Positions 18,141 through 27,305 of a DNA stretch of 64,000 bases are shown here, piece by piece; within the stretch, counting starts at the first letter, position 1; every line of letters starts with the position of its first letter. This stretch comes from Thermoanaerobaculia bacterium (GTDB lineage: Bacteria > Acidobacteriota > Thermoanaerobaculia > Multivoradales > JAGPDF01). Location of the stretch: NCBI GenBank assembly GCA_046331385.1, contig JAXLQW010000001.1, positions 497,596 to 561,595 of the forward strand, in the 5' to 3' direction. The notes below the pieces were generated by a model. It saw only the letters and a list, made by a program, of their open reading frames with translations. It was not told where the DNA came from and searched no databases. The translations under genes were made by a program, and so were the position numbers.

Positions 18141-19601
18141 ATGAACCACGATCAACTCGGCGCGTCAGTCGGGAGGCGGCCTTCTGGCGGCCTGCCGGAG
18201 TTGATCCAGGGCGGCATGGGAGTCGGCGTTTCGAACTGGCGGCTCGCGGCGGCGGTCGCCGATTGCGGTCAGCTCGGGGTGGTCTCGGGAACGGCGCTCG
18301 ACGTCCTGCTCGCGCGCCGGTTGCAGGACGGAGACGCCGACGGGAGCCTGCGGCAGGCGATGGAGAGCTTCCCGCTGCCGGAGGTGGCGGCGGCCGTCTG
18401 GAAGCGCTTCTACCGGCCCGGCGGCCGCCGTCCGGGAGAGCCGTATCGGGCCCTCGCGATGTGGAGTCGGACGGTGTCGAAACTGCGCCAGCAGACGACC
18501 GTCCTCGCCAACTTCGTCGAGGTGTTTCTGGCTCGTCGCGGTCGCTCCGGACCGGTGGGGATCAACCTGCTGACCAAGATCCAGCTCCCGAACCTCGCCT
18601 CGCTCTACGGCGCCATGCTCGCCGGCGTCGACTACGTCTTGATGGGCGCGGGAATCCCGCGCGAGATTCCGCGCGTGCTCGACGACTTGGCGGCCCGTCG
18701 CCCGACCGCTCTGCGCCTCGACGTCGAAGGCGAGGCGGCCGAGGCTCCGGACCAGGTGACGCTCGATCCGGCGGCTCTCGGGCCCGCGTCGTCGAGTTCG
18801 CTCAAGCGACCGCGATTCCTCGCGATCGTGGGTTCGAACTCGCTCGCCAGCCTGATCACTCGGAAGTCCCAGCACCCGGCCGACGGGCTGGTGATCGAAG
18901 GGGCGGTCGCGGGCGGACACAATGCGCCGCCGCGGGGCGCGCCGCTGCGCAACCCGCGCGGCGAGCCGGTCTACGGCGAGCGCGACGCGGTCGATCTCGC
19001 CCGGATCGCCGAGTTGGGTCTGCCGTTCTGGCTGGCAGGCGGCTACGGCTCTCCCGAGGCGGTTGCCGAGGCGCGCCGGGTGGGCGCCGCGGGCGTGCAA
19101 GTCGGGACGCTGTTCGCCTACTGCCGCGAATCCGGCTTCGCGCCGGCGCTCAAGCAGCGGGTGCTCGCCGCGGCCGCCTCGGGGGAGCTCGACGTCTTGA
19201 CCGACGCGGACGCCTCGCCGACGGGCTTTCCGTTCAAGGTCGTGCAGCTCGAGGGCACGCTGGCCGAGGAGCGACGCTACCGCGAGCGGCGCCGAATCTG
19301 CGACCTCGGCTACCTGCGCGCGATCTACCGCAAGGCCGACGGGGTGGGATATCGCTGTCCGGCCGAGCCGCTCGAGGATTTCGTCGCCAAGGGCGGAGAC
19401 GCGACGCGCACCGCGGGACGCAAGTGCTTGTGCAACGCCCTGCTGGCGGCGGTCGGGCACGCGCAACTCCGGCCCGGCGGCGAGGCCGAGCTGCCGCTGT
19501 TGACGAGCGGCGACGATCTGCGCCACATCCATCGATTCGCCGCCGGACGGTTGGAGTACACGGCGGCCGAGGTCGTGACCTACCTTCTCGGCCCGCCGTA
19601 G
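18141..19601 (+). CDS. Nitronate monooxygenase (2-nitropropane dioxygenase, NMO) family FMN enzyme
   Basis: N-terminal IQGGMGVGVSNWRLAAAV matches the NMO signature. TIM-barrel-like layout with a later GGHNAPP segment. Confidence 0.7.
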   Translation: MNHDQLGASVGRRPSGGLPELIQGGMGVGVSNWRLAAAVADCGQLGVVSGTALDVLLARRLQDGDADGSLRQAMESFPLPEVAAAVWKRFYRPGGRRPGEPYRALAMWSRTVSKLRQQTTVLANFVEVFLARRGRSGPVGINLLTKIQLPNLASLYGAMLAGVDYVLMGAGIPREIPRVLDDLAARRPTALRLDVEGEAAEAPDQVTLDPAALGPASSSSLKRPRFLAIVGSNSLASLITRKSQHPADGLVIEGAVAGGHNAPPRGAPLRNPRGEPVYGERDAVDLARIAELGLPFWLAGGYGSPEAVAEARRVGAAGVQVGTLFAYCRESGFAPALKQRVLAAAASGELDVLTDADASPTGFPFKVVQLEGTLAEERRYRERRRICDLGYLRAIYRKADGVGYRCPAEPLEDFVAKGGDATRTAGRKCLCNALLAAVGHAQLRPGGEAELPLLTSGDDLRHIHRFAAGRLEYTAAEVVTYLLGPP

Positions 19602-19612
19602 ACTCGCGGGCG

Positions 19613-20107
19613 ATGCGCGTCCTCTATCTCCTCTCGGTCTGGATCCACCTGCTATCGGTCGTCACCTGGCTGGGCTCGACGATCTCGGTCGCGCTCATCC
19701 TGGTGCCGGCGTTGCGCCGGCGCGGAGATCGGCGGCTCACCGCCGAGCTGATGGACGCCGCCGGCCGCCGCTTGCGGACGATGGGCTGGATCGCTTTCGC
19801 GCTGCTCGCGCTCACCGGCACGACGCAGCTCTATGTGCGTGGCTTTCGGTTCGCGGACCTCACGGGTACGCTCTGGCAGGGCGAGTTCGGCCGGGCGCTG
19901 GCGGTGAAGCTCGTGCTCTTCGCGCTCGTGGTGGCGCTCTCGGCGATCCACGACTTCAGCCTCGGTCCGCGCGCCGGGCGCGCCGCGCCGGGGTCGGCCG
20001 AGGCCGAGTCCCTGCGCCGCAGGGCCTCCTGGCTCGGCCGGCTGAACCTAGTCTTCGGACTGCTGATCGTCTTCTTCGCCAGCGGCCTGGTGCGCGGCGG
20101 GCCCTGA
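19613..20107 (+). CDS. Small integral membrane protein (4 predicted TM helices; CopD/DUF4149-like)
   Basis: ATG at 19613. Four hydrophobic helices: LLSVVTWLGSTISVALILV, MGWIAFALLALTGTT, LAVKLVLFALVVALSAI, LNLVFGLLIVFFASGL. Confidence 0.5.
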   Translation: MRVLYLLSVWIHLLSVVTWLGSTISVALILVPALRRRGDRRLTAELMDAAGRRLRTMGWIAFALLALTGTTQLYVRGFRFADLTGTLWQGEFGRALAVKLVLFALVVALSAIHDFSLGPRAGRAAPGSAEAESLRRRASWLGRLNLVFGLLIVFFASGLVRGGP

Positions 20108-20647
20108 AGCGGGAGGCAGGGGGCGCAGGTCGAACACCCCTCCCGGTCCGAGCACCAGAATCCGCACTCGACCGCGGGGAAATTCGACGACGCCCGTGAA
20201 ACGCGGGCTGCCGAGCTCGGCCGTCGCCTCGGCGGGGGCGCCGGCCGGGGGCACCGGCCGGAACTCGACCTCGACGTCGTGCCGGCCGGGCGGGATCTCG
20301 AGCTGCTCTTCGACCGCCAGCGGACGGGTACGGCGGACGCCCTTGTGGCGGACCTCGCGCTCGAGCCGCGACGTGCCGTCGATCGTCACCCGCAGCCGGT
20401 AGTCGATCGCGGTTTCCTGGCACTGCCGCCTCTGGCGCATGTGCGCCGGCAGCTGGGCGAGCTCGCTCTCCGTGAGGTCGCGGCAGATCTCGATCTTGGC
20501 GTGCTCGGCGCGCAGCGCCAGGCGCAGCGCGGCCGCGGTCGCCGGCGCGCCGAGCGGCATGTGCGCCAGCGCGCCGACCGCCGCCACCAGCGCCGCCGCG
20601 AGTGCCAGGCCGGCGAGGGAACGCACGATGCGGCGGATTTCAGGCAT
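20048..20647 (-). CDS. Hypothetical protein with an N-terminal signal-anchor; last gene of the heme-copper oxidase operon
   Basis: ATG lies 2 nt after the stop of the upstream cytochrome b fusion gene. N-terminus MPEIRRIVRSLAGLALAAALVAAVGALA. No recognisable domain. Confidence 0.45.
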   Translation of the reverse strand: MPEIRRIVRSLAGLALAAALVAAVGALAHMPLGAPATAAALRLALRAEHAKIEICRDLTESELAQLPAHMRQRRQCQETAIDYRLRVTIDGTSRLEREVRHKGVRRTRPLAVEEQLEIPPGRHDVEVEFRPVPPAGAPAEATAELGSPRFTGVVEFPRGRVRILVLGPGGVFDLRPLPPASGPAAHQAAGEEDDQQSED

Positions 20648-22247
20648 GCGCCACCTCGACGCCAGCCTCGCTCTCGGCGGGGGTCTCGCACACCAGCTCC
20701 GGCTCCCAAGCTTCGACCGTGCCGCCGCCGAGCCGGTCGACCCGCGCTTCGAGATCGCCGAGCGCCGCGACGATGCGCGGCCACTCGCCGGGCGAGAAGC
20801 TCGCGACTTCGACGCGCAGGCGATCGACCCGCTCCGGCAGCTCGGCCTCGCGGCCGTCGAAGACGCGCGCCGCCAGCCACTTCGGGCCTTCGCGGAAATA
20901 GCAGTCGCGCGGCGAGCAGGTGAGCAGGAAAACTCCGCCGGCGCCGCGGCGCAGGAGCAGCTCGAGCACCGAGGTGTGCACCGATCCGCCGCAGCCGGTG
21001 GGCAGGATGGAGCGCTGCGGGCCGGCGAGCCGGGCGAGCGTCGCGGCGTGCCCGTTGGCGCAGCCGAGGATCACGATCTGGCGCGGTCCGGGGCGCTCGC
21101 GTTCGAGAAAAGCGCGCGCCGCCGCGAGCTGATCGCGGCCGGTGCGCTCGGCGGGGCCGACGCCCATCGGCGCGCAGGAGCCGGCGCAGATGCCGCAGCC
21201 GACGCAGCGCGTCGGATCGACGCGCGCCACCAGCGGCGAGTGCTGGCGCTCGGCGAGCGTGCGCGGCACCATGGCGATCGCCTCGTAGGGGCAGTCCTGA
21301 TAGCAGTTGGTGCAGCCCGTGCAGTGGTCCTCGTCGACGAAGGAGGGCGCGATCTCGCGCCGCGGCCGCCAGAGCCAGGGCAGCGCGACGAGCAGCGAGA
21401 AGAGCGCCAGCCAGAAGCCGAGGTGGGCGAGCGGCTCGACGCGCTGGGCGAGCGGCAGCCAGAAGGCGAAGAAGAGATCGGTCGCCAGGCGGTCCGGCAG
21501 CTGCGTCAGATCGGCGGCGGGTGGCAGGCGGACCGGCGCCACCGCAGCGTAGACCACCAAGAGCGCCAGGACGTAGCGGCGAACGGCGCGCGGCGGCAGG
21601 AGCGCGGGGCGGGCGAGGCGCGAGACGTGCAGCCAGAGGACAGCGGCGATGCCGAGCGGCAGGGCGACGTGCAGGAACAGGTTCATGAAGAAGAACGACG
21701 ACGGGATCGGCGTCTCGCCGCTGAAGTTGCGCGCGATGGGTTCGGAGAAGATGGGCAGCAGGTCGGCGAGCCGCGCCCCCTCGACCGCGATCTGCTGGCC
21801 CTGGCGGTCCCAGACCATCACCAGGCCGGTCCAGCCGGAGAGCAGCACCACCCCGAGCAGCACGATGCCGGAGATCCAGGCGACCGCCCGCGGACCCCAA
21901 GTTTGGCCGTGCGCCAGCTTGCGCAGCAGGTGCAGGATGACGGCGACGATCGCCAGGTCGGCGCTGTAGCGGTGCATCGAGCGCGCCCAGGCGCCGAGGA
22001 AGACCCGCTGCTGGATCTCCACCACCGAGCCGTGGGCATCGGCGATGCGGTAGAAGAGGAAGAGGTAGAGACCGGTCGCCAGGGTAACCAGGAAGAAGAG
22101 GATCGCCAGGTTGCCGCTTTGGTAGATCGGATTGAAGCGTGAGCCGTAGAGACGGTCGAAGAGCCGGTCGAGGAGCGCCAGCAGGCGGCCGAGGCTGCGG
22201 CCGATGGCCGGCGGACCCGCGGCGCCGGCGGCCGGCTTGGAGCTCAC
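20640..22247 (-). CDS. Fusion protein: cytochrome b N-terminal-like membrane domain + 4Fe-4S dicluster ferredoxin + MvhD/FlpD-like domain
   Basis: Membrane part (FNPIYQSGNLAILFFLVTLATGLYL, MHRYSADLAIVAVILHLLRKLAHG) resembles the cytochrome b/b6 N-terminal domain. Two Fe-S motifs follow: CTGCTNCYQDCP and CVGCGICAGSCAP. A C-terminal Cys-rich segment (GCANGHA...CGGS...CSPRDC) matches the FlpD/MvhD pattern. Proposed GTG start at 22245-22247 overlaps the SCO1 stop (GTGA); this start is uncertain. The ORF's longer N-terminal extension is Arg/Pro-rich junk. Confidence 0.6.
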   Translation of the reverse strand: MSSKPAAGAAGPPAIGRSLGRLLALLDRLFDRLYGSRFNPIYQSGNLAILFFLVTLATGLYLFLFYRIADAHGSVVEIQQRVFLGAWARSMHRYSADLAIVAVILHLLRKLAHGQTWGPRAVAWISGIVLLGVVLLSGWTGLVMVWDRQGQQIAVEGARLADLLPIFSEPIARNFSGETPIPSSFFFMNLFLHVALPLGIAAVLWLHVSRLARPALLPPRAVRRYVLALLVVYAAVAPVRLPPAADLTQLPDRLATDLFFAFWLPLAQRVEPLAHLGFWLALFSLLVALPWLWRPRREIAPSFVDEDHCTGCTNCYQDCPYEAIAMVPRTLAERQHSPLVARVDPTRCVGCGICAGSCAPMGVGPAERTGRDQLAAARAFLERERPGPRQIVILGCANGHAATLARLAGPQRSILPTGCGGSVHTSVLELLLRRGAGGVFLLTCSPRDCYFREGPKWLAARVFDGREAELPERVDRLRVEVASFSPGEWPRIVAALGDLEARVDRLGGGTVEAWEPELVCETPAESEAGVEVAHA

Positions 22248-23188
22248 CGCGCCGGCTCCGCCGAGCGCCGCAGAGCCTCGACGAGCCAGGCCGGTGAGGG
22301 ATTGAGGAAGCGGTAGGCGAGACGGCCCTCGGGATCGACCACGAAGGCGAGCCCCGGGTGGACGATGTCGCCGGTCGCCAGGTCCCGGCTGGCGCCGATT
22401 CCCCAGGCGTCGTGGGTCGCGGTCACGGCGGAGATCTCTCCCGAGAGGACGCGTGCGTCGGGATCGTCCGCGAGCTGCCACTGCGCGGCGATCGAGGACA
22501 GCGATCCTACCGTGTCGCGCCACGGGTCGAGCGTCACCACCACGATCGCCGGACGCAGCGCCGGCGGCGAGAGATCGCGTGCCCGGCGCAGAGTGGCGAC
22601 CAGCACCGGACAGACGGTCCGGCAGTGGGCGAAAGCGAAAGTGACCAGCGCCGGCCGTCCGCGCAGGGAGGCGAGGTCGAAGCTCGCACCTCCGGCCGCG
22701 GTGAGCCGGAGCGGCGGCGCGGGATCGCCGCCGCGCGGATAGAACTCGGGCAGGGGCTCGGGCGCCGCCTCGGCGCCGATCGCCCGCCCGGCGCGGGCCG
22801 CGGAGGCGACGCGGTCGCCGAGCCAGATGGCGCCGACGGCGAGCGCCAGAGCGAGCGTGCCGAGGAGCGTCGCGCCGGCGAGCCGGCCCGAGAGCCAGGC
22901 GAGGCCGGCGCGCAGCTCCCGTCCCCAGACGACGAGCAAGAAGCCGAGCATCGAGGCGGGGCCGAGGACGAGGAGCATCCAGCCGTAGTCGTCGGGCAGG
23001 CCGCTCGGCAGGGTGCCGAAGCAGATCGCCCGCGTCCGGGTCAGCCAGTCCGGTGGGAGAGAAAGCGGAGCGAACGCCAGGGCCCACCAGAGCCCGGTCA
23101 CCGCCAGCCAGCCGAAGAACGCGGCGAGCGGGAACGGGGCCGGGCGAGGCTCGGCGCCGGTGGGCGCCATGGCGTCCGCGTGCGACAC
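22244..23188 (-). CDS. SCO1/SenC family copper chaperone with an N-terminal membrane domain
   Basis: Thioredoxin-like domain with a CxxxC motif (FAFAHCRTVCP) and a downstream His (ATHDAWG). Two or three hydrophobic helices at the N-terminus. Confidence 0.7.
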   Translation of the reverse strand: MSHADAMAPTGAEPRPAPFPLAAFFGWLAVTGLWWALAFAPLSLPPDWLTRTRAICFGTLPSGLPDDYGWMLLVLGPASMLGFLLVVWGRELRAGLAWLSGRLAGATLLGTLALALAVGAIWLGDRVASAARAGRAIGAEAAPEPLPEFYPRGGDPAPPLRLTAAGGASFDLASLRGRPALVTFAFAHCRTVCPVLVATLRRARDLSPPALRPAIVVVTLDPWRDTVGSLSSIAAQWQLADDPDARVLSGEISAVTATHDAWGIGASRDLATGDIVHPGLAFVVDPEGRLAYRFLNPSPAWLVEALRRSAEPAR

Positions 23189-23192
23189 GGTG

Positions 23193-24965
23193 TCAGCCGA
23201 CCTTCCAGATCATCGACAGGATCTTCCAGTTGGTGAAGTAGTAGAGGATGAAGACCGCCAGGAAGACGAAGACCAGCACGATGGTGCCGGGCGCGCCGAC
23301 CTTGTGCGCCGCCTCGGAGGTGGCGAGGTCGTGCGACTGCGCGGGAAGGCGGAGAACGCCCTGCGGGATCCCCCGGGCGTTGGCCTCGAGGGCCGCCGGA
23401 TCGAACTTCTTGCCGAAGAAGATCGACACCACCGCAATGGCGATGAAGGACAGCACGGCGATGACCGCGATCACTCCGCCGATGCCGATGCCGGCCATGA
23501 AGAGATCGACCGCCGGCGGGAACTCGAGGTGGAAAGGCGCGCCCGGGAAAGTGATGTCGGCGTGCCGGCGCGGCACCCCGAAGGTGCCGGCGAAGGTCAT
23601 GCTCATCGACAGGATGACGATGCCGAGCGCGAACAGGTAGGGCTGCCAGCGGGCGAGACCCCAGAACGCGACGCGCTTCCGGAACACGAGCGGGATCACG
23701 TAGTAGGTGAGCGCCATGAAGGCGAGAGCCGTCCCGCCGACCACGGTGACGTGGAAGTGGCCGGGGACGCGCAGGGTGTTGTGGGCGATGATGTTGATCT
23801 GCTCGGTGCCCTGGGTCACGCCGGTGACCCCGCCCATGAAGCCGAAGATGACGATCGACAGGAAGGTGCCGGAGAAGCCAGGGTCCGACCACGGGGCCTT
23901 GCGCAGCCACTCGAAGCGCCCCTTGTTGAAGCCGCGCAGGCGCATGCCCATCTCCATGCCGGCGGGCACGGTGAAGCCGTGGATCATCGAGGCGAGCACC
24001 GCGAGGTACATGGCGTAACTGGTGTTCCAGACTTTCCACGCCGGGCCCATGCCGGGGTCGACCAGCAGGTGGTGCGCCGAGGCCATGGAGATGAAGAGGA
24101 CGTAGAGCACGAAGGCCCAGCGGCTGACTTTCTGGTTGACCACCACCGCGCCGATGGTGAGCGCTCCCATCAGATACCAGACCGAGACCATCGCCGCGAC
24201 GTTGATCTGTTGCGAGGAGTGGCCGAGGGCCCAGAACACCATGCGGTAGACCTCGGGGTCGACGTTCATCTTGTCGATCGACCAGAGGAAGGTCGGGATG
24301 TAGATCGCGGCGCCGTGCACCAGGGTGATCACCGCGATGATCGCCGCGGTCAGGGCGCCGAAGGTGACGAGCGACATCGAGCCCGAGTAGGACTTCTCGC
24401 GCTTGGCCACCACCAGGGCGGCGAAGAAGAGTAGGGTGGCGATGAGCGCCCCGACCGCGAAGAGGATGATTCCCAGGTAGTAGGCCGGGTGGGCGCGCAG
24501 CGGGATGTAGGAGGTGAAGAGCACGTCCGCCTTGCCGGCGAAGACCATCACGTCGACGAGCAGCGCTCCGGCGAGCATCAGGCTGAATCCCGCCCAGGCG
24601 AGCTTCGGTGCCGGCTGCCGGCAGCCGAGCAGCACCGGCCCGGCGAAGTAGAGGATCGCCATCTCGAAGAAGATGATGAAGAAGATCAGCATGTTGAGCC
24701 CGTGCGCGGTCAACATGCGGTAGTACCAGACCGGGTTGAGCAGGTGGACCGCCTGCCAGCGGGTGAGCGCCAGCAGCAGGGCGGCGATCACCCCGACCAG
24801 GAAGAAGACCACGCCGGCGACCGCGTTCCATTTCACCAGGCGCTCGGAATCGCGATTGACGGTCAGGCCGGTGACCGGACAGACGCGGGCGGCGAGGCGC
24901 CAGATGGCGCTCGGCTCGCGGGCGCCGACGGGCGCGCCTCCCGAGGTAACGTCAGCGACGCTCAT
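23193..24965 (-). CDS. Heme-copper oxidase superfamily subunit I (divergent; no Tyr follows the CuB His; possibly NOR-related)
   Basis: Twelve-plus TM helices. Conserved His pattern: FWALGHSSQQ, MASAHHLLV, HFHVTVV. The A/B-family GHPEVY cross-link Tyr is replaced by GHSSQQ. The start overlaps the subunit II gene by 14 nt. Confidence 0.75.
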   Translation of the reverse strand: MSVADVTSGGAPVGAREPSAIWRLAARVCPVTGLTVNRDSERLVKWNAVAGVVFFLVGVIAALLLALTRWQAVHLLNPVWYYRMLTAHGLNMLIFFIIFFEMAILYFAGPVLLGCRQPAPKLAWAGFSLMLAGALLVDVMVFAGKADVLFTSYIPLRAHPAYYLGIILFAVGALIATLLFFAALVVAKREKSYSGSMSLVTFGALTAAIIAVITLVHGAAIYIPTFLWSIDKMNVDPEVYRMVFWALGHSSQQINVAAMVSVWYLMGALTIGAVVVNQKVSRWAFVLYVLFISMASAHHLLVDPGMGPAWKVWNTSYAMYLAVLASMIHGFTVPAGMEMGMRLRGFNKGRFEWLRKAPWSDPGFSGTFLSIVIFGFMGGVTGVTQGTEQINIIAHNTLRVPGHFHVTVVGGTALAFMALTYYVIPLVFRKRVAFWGLARWQPYLFALGIVILSMSMTFAGTFGVPRRHADITFPGAPFHLEFPPAVDLFMAGIGIGGVIAVIAVLSFIAIAVVSIFFGKKFDPAALEANARGIPQGVLRLPAQSHDLATSEAAHKVGAPGTIVLVFVFLAVFILYYFTNWKILSMIWKVG

Positions 24966-25539
24966 GCTCGACCTCCTTGGCGAGCGCGGAGACCCGCGCC
25001 GCCGGCTCGACCACGATGCGGCCGAGCATGGTGTGGTGATTGATGCCGCAGAACTCGTTGCAGACGATGCGGTAGTCGCCGGGCTTGTTGGGCTGGATGG
25101 TGAGCCCGTAGTCGTAGCCCGGGACGATCTGGATATTGAGGTTCGCCGGATAGAGGCTGAAGCCGTGATTGACGTCGATCGACGAGAGGTGGATGGTGTA
25201 GCTCGCCCCTTCTTGCAGCTTCAGCGCCGGATACCAGCGCCACATCTGGGCCATCAGGTAGACGTCGCTGCCGGGCGGCGGTGCGACCAGCGGAATGCCG
25301 TTCTCCTCGCCGATCTTGTACTCCTCGACGAAGCGGAAGACGCGCGCCACGTAGTCCTCGGGCTTGACCCGCGAGCGGATGCCCGAAGGGTTCTGGCCGC
25401 CGCGCAGATGCCAGAAGGGCATCATCGCGAACAGCACCATGCACCAGCAGAAAGCGATCGCCACCCACAGGCGCTCCTGCTTGCCCGCGGGTCGCCACCA
25501 CACGCCCTGCGGAGTCACGATTCCGGAATGGAGCTCCAT
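24952..25539 (-). CDS. Heme-copper oxidase subunit II with a complete CuA centre
   Basis: Single N-terminal TM helix and a cupredoxin domain. CuA ligands H..CNEFCGINHHTM are present. ATG at 25537-25539 lies 9 nt from the IS end. Confidence 0.8.
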   Translation of the reverse strand: MELHSGIVTPQGVWWRPAGKQERLWVAIAFCWCMVLFAMMPFWHLRGGQNPSGIRSRVKPEDYVARVFRFVEEYKIGEENGIPLVAPPPGSDVYLMAQMWRWYPALKLQEGASYTIHLSSIDVNHGFSLYPANLNIQIVPGYDYGLTIQPNKPGDYRIVCNEFCGINHHTMLGRIVVEPAARVSALAKEVEHERR

Positions 25540-25548
25540 CGCATCTCC

Positions 25549-27153
25549 TTAGCCCGGATCCACGGATAAGGCGGGGATGTTGAAGTAGCGGAAGCGCCCC
25601 AAGCCTGATAAGACGGCGCTGTTCAAGGTCGTCGTCTTCAGGAGAGGAGCACTTCCGAGGTGAAGATCCCAAAGCGAGTCCGTGGCGTCAAGTTCCGATC
25701 GTCGGGCGCGGCGACGACCTCCTTCGCGGGCCTGCGTTTCGTGGTCGAGCTGGCGTCGAAGCTGCGAGTGATCGAGCGGCTCCGCGTCGTTTCGGTGAAG
25801 AAACGCCGTCGAGGAATTCCAGTCGAGGACTTCGTGATGAGCCTGGCGTCGAGCTTTCTGGTCGGCGGCGACAGCCTGAGCGATCTGTCTGTGCTGCGAG
25901 AAGAGACCGTGACGCGCGAGTTGTGCTTCGATCTCGAGGTGCCGGCGCCGACGACGGCGGGCGAGCGTCTGCGCAGCTTCTCGTTGGGTCACCTGCGACA
26001 GCTCGATGGAGCCCAGCGTGAGACCTGCCGCGAAATTCTCGAGCGGACGAGTGGGAGCGAAGCGCTGACGCTGGACGTGGACAGCTCGATCATCGAGGTC
26101 TACGGCGACCAGAAGCAGGGTGCGCGTTTCGGCTACAGCGGCGTGCGTGGGCTGCATCCGCTGCTGGCCTTCGCTCACGAGGAGCGGCTTCTGTTGGGGG
26201 CGCGGCTACGCGCGGGCAACCGAGCCTCGTCGGACGGCGTCGTCCCGTTTCTCGAAGACGTCCTCACGGCGATCCCGGCTCGCCGTCGGGTGCGCCTGCG
26301 GATGGACGCCGGTTTCTACGGCAAGTCGGTGGAAGGATTCGCGACCGAGCGTGCCCTGGGCTTCAGCATTTCGGCGAGGCTGACGAAGCGGCTGCGCGCC
26401 GAGATCGAAGCGCTTCCCGAAGGGGCGTGGCGCAGCTATCCGTGGGAAGAAGAGGCCGAGTACGCCGAGCTGCGTTACCGGCCCACGGGCTGGTCGAGCG
26501 ACTACCGCCTCCTCGTCAAGCGGACGCCCTGGTTCGACCAGGAGCAGCGCCTGCTCGACGAGCACTTCTTCACGCCGGTCATCACCAACCTGCCGGGCGC
26601 CGCGAGCAGCCTGATTCGCTATCACCTGGCACGCGGTGGGGCCGAGAACTACATCGAGGAGTTCAAGTCCGGCATCGGCGCCTCGCATCTGCCCTCACGC
26701 TGCTTTCACGCCAACTGGGCCTGGCTGTTGATCGCCGCTCTCGCTTACAACCTCGCGCAAGCCTTCAAGCTCCTGCTGCTCCCCGCCGCCGAGCAGGCGC
26801 AGCAGATCAAGAAGCTGCGCCTGCACTGGCTGTGCGTCGCCGCCCGCTTCATCCGCACCGGCAGACGCTTCGTCCTGGCGCTCGCTCGCGGACCGGACAC
26901 GGCCAACGCCTTCGAGCGCCTGCAACAACAGCTCACCACGCTCTGATTCCGCAACCAAGGGAAGCGGCATCCCGGCTGCGCGCCAGGAGTGTCTCCCGCG
27001 GACCCCTCCATCCTCCAACTCACGCTCGACCACCGCCTTCGACCGCGAACACCAGCCCTACCTGAGCCAGAAATCCGCCGCGCGGGTGGCCGCTGCAGCA
27101 ATCTGAGCCCGTCCGCTCCACTTCAGCCGCCTTACCCGTGGATCCGGGCTTAG
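25549..27153 (+). mobile_element. IS1380-family insertion sequence (~1.6 kb) with 24-27-bp imperfect terminal inverted repeats
   Basis: IRL ttagcccggatccacggataaggcgg at 25549-25574. IRR ccgccttacccgtggatccgggcttagg at 27127-27153, whose reverse complement matches IRL at 24 of 26 positions. One transposase ORF lies between them. No clean target-site duplication could be identified. Confidence 0.75.
25660..26946 (+). CDS. IS1380-family DDE transposase
   Basis: 428 aa. GTG start preceded by ggagaggag. Features characteristic of IS4/IS1380-type transposases: ...VDSSIIEVYGDQKQGARFGYSGVRGLHPL... and C-terminal YHLARGGAENYIEEFKSGIGASHLPSRCFHANWAWLLIAALAYNL. Confidence 0.7.
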   Translation: MKIPKRVRGVKFRSSGAATTSFAGLRFVVELASKLRVIERLRVVSVKKRRRGIPVEDFVMSLASSFLVGGDSLSDLSVLREETVTRELCFDLEVPAPTTAGERLRSFSLGHLRQLDGAQRETCREILERTSGSEALTLDVDSSIIEVYGDQKQGARFGYSGVRGLHPLLAFAHEERLLLGARLRAGNRASSDGVVPFLEDVLTAIPARRRVRLRMDAGFYGKSVEGFATERALGFSISARLTKRLRAEIEALPEGAWRSYPWEEEAEYAELRYRPTGWSSDYRLLVKRTPWFDQEQRLLDEHFFTPVITNLPGAASSLIRYHLARGGAENYIEEFKSGIGASHLPSRCFHANWAWLLIAALAYNLAQAFKLLLLPAAEQAQQIKKLRLHWLCVAARFIRTGRRFVLALARGPDTANAFERLQQQLTTL

Positions 27154-27305
27154 GGGAGCTTTCCCTGGGGTAGGGAGAGGATCTCGAAGAGGCCCCATCC
27201 CGTGTAAAAGAGGACCATCACGAAGAGGCCGGCGGCGAGCAGCAGGAACGGCCGCTCGAAGAGCCGCTGCCCGAGGGGTACGGGGTCTTTCACGGATTCG
27301 GCCAT
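27150..27305 (-). CDS. Small single-TM membrane protein (51 aa), possibly an oxidase subunit IIa-like accessory subunit; its stop codon lies inside the IS terminal repeat
   Basis: Not in the ORF track because it is under the length cutoff. ATG at 27303-27305 with an aaggaggg RBS. Sequence MAESVKDPVPLGQRLFERPFLLLAAGLFVMVLFYTGWGLFEILSLPQGKLP. The stop TAA is the 'tta' of the IRR outer end (cctaagcccgg). Confidence 0.45.
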   Translation of the reverse strand: MAESVKDPVPLGQRLFERPFLLLAAGLFVMVLFYTGWGLFEILSLPQGKLP

